A stretch of DNA of 64,000 nucleotides. Source: an uncultured Bacilli bacterium (GTDB lineage Bacteria > Bacillota_I > Bacilli_A > RF39 > UBA660). The stretch lies in assembly GCA_947632085.1 (NCBI GenBank), contig CANRNY010000010.1:2488-66487 (forward strand), read 5' to 3'. The notes below the pieces were generated by a model, which worked only from the letters and a program-made list of their open reading frames with translations, was not told the DNA's origin and made no database searches. The translations under genes and the position numbers were made by a program. Positions 58,637 to 64,000 of this stretch are shown here, one piece after another. Numbering within the stretch: position 1 is the first letter of the stretch; every line of letters starts with the position of its first letter.

Positions 58637-59020
58637 TTAATTTCTTGGACGTTTTGGTGGACGACATCCGTTATGTGGAACTGGAGTAACGTCATTAATA
58701 GTTGTAATTTCTAGTCCTGCAGTTTGTAATGAACGAATTGCGTTTTCACGTCCTGCACCTAAACCTTTAACAAATACTTCTACTTTTCTAACTCCGTTAT
58801 CCATTGCAGCTTTGGCAGCAGCTTCAGCACTCATACCAGCAGCAAATGGAGTTTTCTTTTTACTTCCTTTATATCCAATAGTACCAGCAGAAGCCCAGCT
58901 TATAACATTACCGTCTTTATCTGTAATTGTTACAACAGTATTGTTATATGTTGAATGAATATGAGCTTGAGCTTCAGGAATATTCTTCTTAACTTTTCTT
59001 TTTCTTCTATTGTAAGCCAT
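58637..59020 (-). CDS. rpsK: 30S ribosomal protein S11
   Basis: Conserved S11 sequence ([17 protein letters not shown]...KGS.K.TPFAA). Confidence 0.97.
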   Translation of the reverse strand: MAYNRRKRKVKKNIPEAQAHIHSTYNNTVVTITDKDGNVISWASAGTIGYKGSKKKTPFAAGMSAEAAAKAAMDNGVRKVEVFVKGLGAGRENAIRSLQTAGLEITTINDVTPVPHNGCRPPKRPRN

Positions 59021-59041
59021 AATCTTCTAACCTCCTATTTA

Positions 59042-59416
59042 TTATTTAGTAGCTTTCTTCTTGTTAGCAACTACTTTACCTTTACCTTTTCTTGTACGAG
59101 CATTTCTTGAAGTTCTTTGACCATGTACTGGAAGACCTTTTTTATGTCTTGTACCTTGGTAACTATTAATTTCCATTTTGTTTTTAATATTTAATTGAAC
59201 TTCACGACGAAGATCACCTTCAACCATGTGTTTTTCTACTTCTTTACGAAGAGCAGTAACTTCATCTTCAGTTAAATCTTTAATCTTTTTATCTCTTGCT
59301 ACTTTAGCAGCATCACAAATTTGGTTAGCTAAACTTCTACCTATACCATAAATAGCAGTTAATCCTATACAAGTATGTTTTTCACCTGGTAATTCAATAT
59401 TTTTAATACGTGCCAT
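59042..59416 (-). CDS. rpsM: 30S ribosomal protein S13
   Basis: MARI...L.IYGIG... and a C-terminal basic tail. Confidence 0.97.
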   Translation of the reverse strand: MARIKNIELPGEKHTCIGLTAIYGIGRSLANQICDAAKVARDKKIKDLTEDEVTALRKEVEKHMVEGDLRREVQLNIKNKMEINSYQGTRHKKGLPVHGQRTSRNARTRKGKGKVVANKKKATK

Positions 59417-59429
59417 AATTTACCTCCTA

Positions 59430-59543
59430 TTAACCTTGTTTTTGTTTGTGTTTTGGATTTTCACAAATAACCATTATTTTTCCTTTTCTTCTTATAATTT
59501 TGCATTTAGCGCAAATTTTTTTAACTGATGGTCTAACTTTCAT
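59430..59543 (-). CDS. rpmJ: 50S ribosomal protein L36
   Basis: Not in the ORF track because it is too short. My translation is [37 protein letters not shown], preceded by a GGAGG RBS. Confidence 0.92.
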   Translation of the reverse strand: MKVRPSVKKICAKCKIIRRKGKIMVICENPKHKQKQG

Positions 59544-59557
59544 AATTGTACCTCCAT

Positions 59558-59776
59558 TTATTTTTTATTCCATATTATACGCCCACGTGTTAAATCATAA
59601 GGCGACAATTCAATAGTAACTGTATCACCTGGTAAGATACGAATCATATTAACGCGCATTTTACCAGAAACGTAGGCTTCTACAGTATGTCCATTAGGTA
59701 ATTCGACAATTGGAGTTCCACCTTTAAGGATCTCAATTACTTTACCTTCTACTTCTATTTTTTCTTCTTTAGCCAT
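59558..59776 (-). CDS. infA: Translation initiation factor IF-1
   Basis: 72 aa. [15 protein letters not shown]...[25 protein letters not shown]. Confidence 0.97.
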   Translation of the reverse strand: MAKEEKIEVEGKVIEILKGGTPIVELPNGHTVEAYVSGKMRVNMIRILPGDTVTIELSPYDLTRGRIIWNKK

Positions 59777-59834
59777 TTTATATCTCCTATTTAATTATTA
59801 ACCTTTAAGTGAGTATTGAGATGTTGATAACATT

Positions 59835-60500
59835 TTAGTTATCAACATCCTCACTTTTAAGAATTTTTTCTATATTAGTGTATGTATTTTCTGGACCATT
59901 AGCTGTATCAACAACAACTAATTTACCTTTTTCTTTATAGTAATCAAGAACAGGACTAGTAACATCTAAATAAGTATTAAAACGTGTTTTAAATGTTTCT
60001 TCATTATCGTCAGATCTTGCACTTAAAGTTCCTTGACACTTATCACAGATTCCTTCTTGTTTAGGTTTCATTTCTTGAAAATATTTATTATAAGTTGCTC
60101 CACAATTTGAGCAAACTACTCTTCCAAGAGCTCTTTTCATAGCTGTATCTTCGTCTATTGTTAAATAAATAGCTAGATAATTAGTTATATCTAATTCTTC
60201 AAATATTGAATTTAAAGTTTCAGCTTGATTTAAGTTTCTTGGATAGCCATCTAATATGAATTTTTGATCTTTAATAGATGTTAATTCATTTTTTAATAGT
60301 TTAGTGATTATTTCATCACTAACTAATTCGCCTTTTGATATTATATTATTTATTTCTGTTCCAAATTCTGTACCCTTTTTAATTTCAGCTCTAAGTAAAT
60401 CTCCTGTTGATAAATGTTTATAATTCATGTGTTCTTCAAGAAGAGCACTTTGAGTACCTTTACCAGCAGCAGGGGGAGCTATAAATATTATATTCATCAT
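59835..60500 (-). CDS. adk: Adenylate kinase (zinc-lid type)
   Basis: P-loop PPAAGKGTQ, and a lid with CSNCG...CDKCQG. Confidence 0.95.
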   Translation of the reverse strand: MMNIIFIAPPAAGKGTQSALLEEHMNYKHLSTGDLLRAEIKKGTEFGTEINNIISKGELVSDEIITKLLKNELTSIKDQKFILDGYPRNLNQAETLNSIFEELDITNYLAIYLTIDEDTAMKRALGRVVCSNCGATYNKYFQEMKPKQEGICDKCQGTLSARSDDNEETFKTRFNTYLDVTSPVLDYYKEKGKLVVVDTANGPENTYTNIEKILKSEDVDN

Positions 60501-60504
60501 TTAT

Positions 60505-61770
60505 TTACCTTTTTATTCCCGCTCTATGACTACGGCTTACTAAACTACTTTCTAGTTGTTTGTATGTTTCAATAGCAACACCAACAACGATTAATAATCC
60601 AGTTCCTCCAATTGTTACAGTACTTGATAGTCCTGAGAAATTAGAGAAGATGATTGGTAGTCCGGCGATGATGATTAAGAATATGGAACCAACTATTGTT
60701 AGTTTGCCTAAAACATTACTAACATAGTCGATTGTATCATTTCCAGGTCTTACACCAGGAATATATGCACCACTCTTACTTAAATTTTTAGACATTTCTT
60801 CAGGATTCATTTGTAAGAATGTGTAGAAATATCCAAAGAACAATATCAATAAAACATATAGAATAAAGCCAGTTAATGATGTGTTAACAATATATTTATC
60901 AACAAAATCAATAGCTTTTTGATTCTTAATGATTTGAACGATTGTTACAGGGATTGTAAGTAATGTTGATGCGAAGATAACTGGAAGAACTCCAGCAGAA
61001 TTTATTTTAATTGGAAGATAATTTTGATGTCCTCCATATGCACTATTTGTTCTATTGGCATATTGAATAGGAATTCTTCTTTCAGCAAGTTGAATCCATA
61101 CCATACCAACAATAATTAGTAAGTAAATTATTACAAATGCACCAAATAATAGTGATCCTATTACTTTAGTAAATGTACCAGCTAATATTAATTCTTGGAA
61201 TGCCTGAGTAAATATAGAAGGCATTGATTTTAAAATACCAGCCATAATGAATAGGGAAACACCATTACCAATTCCATGTTTTGTAATTTGATCTCCTAAC
61301 CATAATAGCAAACATGTACCAGCAGTTATAACAACTGTTGTTTTTAGTATTGCTAATACGTCAGTTGTTCCTGAATAAACAACAGTAAATATATAACCTT
61401 GTAAGAAGGCGAATAAAACACCTAAATATCTAGTTATTTTATTAATTTTTTGTTTACCAGTATAACCTTGTTCTTTTAATTCTTTAAAATATGGAATGAT
61501 ATCCATTTGCAATATTTGCGTAATGATTTGAGCTGTAATATATGGTGTAACACCTAAAGCAAAGATTGAGAAGTGTTCTAAACCTCTACCTGTCATTAGG
61601 TTAAAGATTTCTAACACACCTAATCCTTCATAGATTGTTCCAATACCAGCTATTGGTACGGTAATGGTACTACCAAAGCAAAATATTGCTAAACAAAATA
61701 GTGTAAAATATATTCTTTTTCTTAAATCTCTATTTGAACGTTTAAATAGCTGTTTTAGATTAGAAAACAT
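60505..61770 (-). CDS. secY: Preprotein translocase subunit SecY
   Basis: 421 aa with 10 TM segments and conserved SecY motifs (GVTPYITAQII, GGTGLLIVVGV). Confidence 0.97.
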   Translation of the reverse strand: MFSNLKQLFKRSNRDLRKRIYFTLFCLAIFCFGSTITVPIAGIGTIYEGLGVLEIFNLMTGRGLEHFSIFALGVTPYITAQIITQILQMDIIPYFKELKEQGYTGKQKINKITRYLGVLFAFLQGYIFTVVYSGTTDVLAILKTTVVITAGTCLLLWLGDQITKHGIGNGVSLFIMAGILKSMPSIFTQAFQELILAGTFTKVIGSLLFGAFVIIYLLIIVGMVWIQLAERRIPIQYANRTNSAYGGHQNYLPIKINSAGVLPVIFASTLLTIPVTIVQIIKNQKAIDFVDKYIVNTSLTGFILYVLLILFFGYFYTFLQMNPEEMSKNLSKSGAYIPGVRPGNDTIDYVSNVLGKLTIVGSIFLIIIAGLPIIFSNFSGLSSTVTIGGTGLLIVVGVAIETYKQLESSLVSRSHRAGIKR

Positions 61771-62214
61771 CTAGATCACCTCAGCTTTTCCGCCAGCACT
61801 TTCGATTTTTGTAACGGCTGAACTTGAGAATCTATTAGCTTTAATTGTTAATTTCTTTTCTAGTTCACCATTGCCTAAGACCTTAACGCCACAAAGTTGT
61901 TTTTTAATAATCCCCTTTTCTTTCAATAATTCTGGAGTAACAACGTCTCCATCATTAAAGAATTTATTTAAATCACTTAAATTAATTGTTGCAAATTCAA
62001 CTCTAAAACGAGTATTTTTAAATCCACGTTTTGGTACTCTTCTATATAGAGGAGTTTGTCCTCCTTGGAACCAAGCTGGAATACTTACACCAGAACGAGA
62101 TTTTTGACCTTTTTGACCTCTTGTAGAAGTTTTACCCATTCCACTACCAGGTCCACGGCCAACTCTTTTTCTTACTTTTGCTTCAGGAGCAGCGTTTAAT
62201 TCATTTAACTTCAT
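61771..62214 (-). CDS. rplO: 50S ribosomal protein L15
   Basis: [37 protein letters not shown]. The start was set to the ATG at 62214, 7 nt after GAGGAG. Confidence 0.95.
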   Translation of the reverse strand: MKLNELNAAPEAKVRKRVGRGPGSGMGKTSTRGQKGQKSRSGVSIPAWFQGGQTPLYRRVPKRGFKNTRFRVEFATINLSDLNKFFNDGDVVTPELLKEKGIIKKQLCGVKVLGNGELEKKLTIKANRFSSSAVTKIESAGGKAEVI

Positions 62215-62215
62215 A

Positions 62216-62719
62216 TTATAGCTCCTCAACTTTCTTTCCTCTTAAAGCTGCAACTTGTTCAGGTGTTTTTTGCATCTTAAGAGCTTCTAATGTAGCTTTT
62301 GCAACGTTAATCTTAGTATTTGATCCAAGTGATTTAGAAACTATATCACGAACTCCAGCAAGTTCTAGAACATCTCTGGCAGAACCACCAGCGATAACTC
62401 CAGTACCTTCTGAAGCAGGTTTAATTAGAACTTGAGCACGTCCTACTTTTCCAATAGCTTCATGTGGGATTGTTCTATTATCAATTAAAGCAACTTTTGT
62501 TACGTTTTTATTAGCTGCTTGAATAGCTTTTTTAATAGCTTCTGGAACTTCATTAGCTTTTCCTGTTCCAATTCCTACTAAGCCTTTTCTATTTCCAACT
62601 ACTACTGTAGCAGAAAATCTAAAATGACGACCACCTTTAGTAACTTTTGTTACACGGCCAATAGAAACGACTTTTTCTTCAAGCAAACTTTTCTTAGAGT
62701 CCATTTTTGTTTTTGGCAT
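62216..62719 (-). CDS. rpsE: 30S ribosomal protein S5
   Basis: Conserved S5 sequence ([12 protein letters not shown]...VVVGN..G.VG.G.GKA.EVP.AI.KA). Confidence 0.97.
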   Translation of the reverse strand: MPKTKMDSKKSLLEEKVVSIGRVTKVTKGGRHFRFSATVVVGNRKGLVGIGTGKANEVPEAIKKAIQAANKNVTKVALIDNRTIPHEAIGKVGRAQVLIKPASEGTGVIAGGSARDVLELAGVRDIVSKSLGSNTKINVAKATLEALKMQKTPEQVAALRGKKVEEL

Positions 62720-62735
62720 AATCTGTACCTCCCTC

Positions 62736-63092
62736 TTAGAATTCTAGTCCATTTTCACGTGCAGCTTCTGCTAAAGCTTGAACACGTCCGTGGTAAAGGT
62801 ATCCACCTCTATCGAAAACTACTTTTGTTATCTTTAATTTTTTAGCTTTTTCAGCAATGTCTTTGCCAACTACTTTGGCACCTTCAACATTTCCACCATT
62901 TTTAATTTTTAATTCGACAGATGAAGAGCTAGCTAGAGTAACGCCCTTAACATCATCGATAATTTGCGCAAAGATTTGTGTATTTGATCTAAATACGTTT
63001 AATCTTGGACATTCAGCTGTTCCGCTTATTTTGTTACGAATACGAGCATGTCTTTTTTTACGCATGTCATTTCTTGATTCTTTAACTATCAT
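62736..63092 (-). CDS. rplR: 50S ribosomal protein L18
   Basis: [14 protein letters not shown]...PRL.VFRSN..I.AQIIDD, C-terminus FDRGGY.YHGRV.ALA.AARE.GL.F. Confidence 0.97.
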   Translation of the reverse strand: MIVKESRNDMRKKRHARIRNKISGTAECPRLNVFRSNTQIFAQIIDDVKGVTLASSSSVELKIKNGGNVEGAKVVGKDIAEKAKKLKITKVVFDRGGYLYHGRVQALAEAARENGLEF

Positions 63093-63112
63093 AATATCTC
63101 GACTCCTTACCC

Positions 63113-63652
63113 TTATTTAGCTGCTTTCTTACCTTCTTTACGACGAACATATTCACCTTTGTAACGAATTCCTTTACCTTTATAAGGTTCAGGTTCTCTT
63201 ACGCTACGAACATTTGCCGCAAATTCAGTAACTCTTTGCTTATCGATACCAGAAATTGAAATTTCTGTATTACTTATTTGTTCTGCTTTTAGTCCAGCAG
63301 GAACTTCAATGATAACTGGATGAGAATATCCAGCGTTGATATTGATTTTATTACCTTGAACTTGGAATCTATATCCAACTCCAACTGCTTCAAGGTCTTT
63401 TTTATAACCATCTGTTACTCCAACAATCATATTATGAATTAATGCATTAGTTGTACCATGTAATTGTTTAGTAGTTTTAACATCATTTGGTCTTTTTGTA
63501 ATTATTTTGCCTTCAACTTCTTCAACAGTAATAACGCTTGGTTTTTCAATGTTTAGTTCGCCTTTAGGTCCTTTAACAGTTACAGTATTATTATCAATAG
63601 TAACAGTAACACCTTGTGGGATTACTAATTCTCTTTTTCCTATTCTACTCAT
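63113..63652 (-). CDS. rplF: 50S ribosomal protein L6
   Basis: MSRIGK..I.IP.GV.V......V.VKGPKGEL. 179 aa. Confidence 0.97.
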   Translation of the reverse strand: MSRIGKRELVIPQGVTVTIDNNTVTVKGPKGELNIEKPSVITVEEVEGKIITKRPNDVKTTKQLHGTTNALIHNMIVGVTDGYKKDLEAVGVGYRFQVQGNKININAGYSHPVIIEVPAGLKAEQISNTEISISGIDKQRVTEFAANVRSVREPEPYKGKGIRYKGEYVRRKEGKKAAK

Positions 63653-63665
63653 AACCTAATTTTCC

Positions 63666-64000
63666 TTACCAAATATAGGCAAGTACTTCTCCTCCTAGAC
63701 CAGCTTCACGAGCTTCTTTGTCAGTCATTAATCCTTTTGAAGTTGAAATGATAGCAATTCCTAAACCGTTAAGTACACGAGGAATTTCATCACGTTTGGC
63801 ATAGACACGTAATCCAGATTTAGAAATTCTCTTTAAACCTGTGATAACTCTTTCTTTTTTAGCACCATACTTAAGAGTTAATGTTAATTTATCACCCTTA
63901 GTATTTTTTTCATAACTGAAATCAGCTATGTATCCTTCACGTTTTAGAATTTCAGCAATTCCTAAAGTCATTTTTGAACCTAAAACTTCAACTGTTTCAT
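63666..64000 (-). CDS. rpsH: 30S ribosomal protein S8 (5' end beyond the window edge)
   Basis: C-terminal sequence ...[27 protein letters not shown]. The ORF remains open to the window end. Confidence 0.9.
   Translation of the reverse strand, partial: ETVEVLGSKMTLGIAEILKREGYIADFSYEKNTKGDKLTLTLKYGAKKERVITGLKRISKSGLRVYAKRDEIPRVLNGLGIAIISTSKGLMTDKEAREAGLGGEVLAYIW

Noticed and set aside
5123-63120. Remaining short shadow ORFs. These are 5123..5311, 6576..6788, 12545..12733, 15186..15398, 15441..15629, 16148..16366, 20143..20331, 22689..22898, 23998..24222, 29699..29929 and 30761..30970. Also 31742..32107, 36738..36938, 43898..44326, 44649..44858, 45702..45965, 47145..47369, 47865..48062, 52304..52495 and 55520..55702. 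Also 57030..57233, 57524..57718, 58356..58553, 61871..62107, 62178..62435, 62624..62845 and 62857..63120.
   Set aside because: Each is nested in or antisense to a longer gene that is conserved or better supported. In AT-rich genomes such frames stay open by chance. None showed a recognisable motif or a convincing RBS.
1-64000. Mollicutes-type genetic code 4 (UGA read as Trp), suggested by the extreme AT content
   Set aside because: Full-length UvrA, UvrB, PheT, LysS, TypA, SecY and others are obtained with standard stops. Conserved Trp positions that I checked (for example AGWIREWIEGF in uvrA) use TGG. TGA appears as a terminal stop (42466).

Overview
This is a very AT-rich (roughly 25-30% GC by eye) Bacillota-type chromosomal segment. 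It is probably from an Erysipelotrichales or Mollicutes-related lineage that still makes peptidoglycan, since two FemAB genes are present. The standard genetic code applies. About 60 of 64 genes lie on the minus strand. Conserved housekeeping blocks are uvrA, CBS-type family II pyrophosphatase, a giant CoA-enzyme activase, uvrB, two FemAB genes, cysS, lysS, typA, and pheST with a Phe T-box leader. The alpha and spc ribosomal operons follow (rplQ-rpoA-rpsK-rpsM-rpmJ-infA-adk-secY-rplO-rpsE-rplR-rplF-rpsH). These blocks are interrupted by lineage-specific ORFan regions. The most interesting locus is a two-gene cassette at 46.5-48.9 kb, inserted between typA and pheT. It encodes a 591-aa coiled-coil protein with a central double-CxxC zinc ribbon and a 154-aa DUF4365/PD-(D/E)xK-like nuclease. 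Its predicted promoter has a G9 tract inside a 19-nt -35/-10 spacer. I read it as a candidate phase-variable, undescribed defence or abortive-infection module. Other notable items: a RelE/ParE-like toxin with a fused HTH-ImmA/IrrE partner. A five-gene operon built from a duplicated two-gene module (a small DUF1292-like protein followed by a coiled-coil membrane protein), ending in a Tim44-like protein. uvrA embedded in a tightly coupled operon with a radical SAM/SPASM enzyme. An IS200-type element with an SD-occluding hairpin next to an inverted, unlinked uvrB. A frameshifted membrane-protein gene carrying an A_AAA_AAT slippery site. A 118-bp duplicated 5' gene module. Tandem divergent paralogs at 42.5-44.4 kb. 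No rRNA, tRNA or CRISPR array was recognised.
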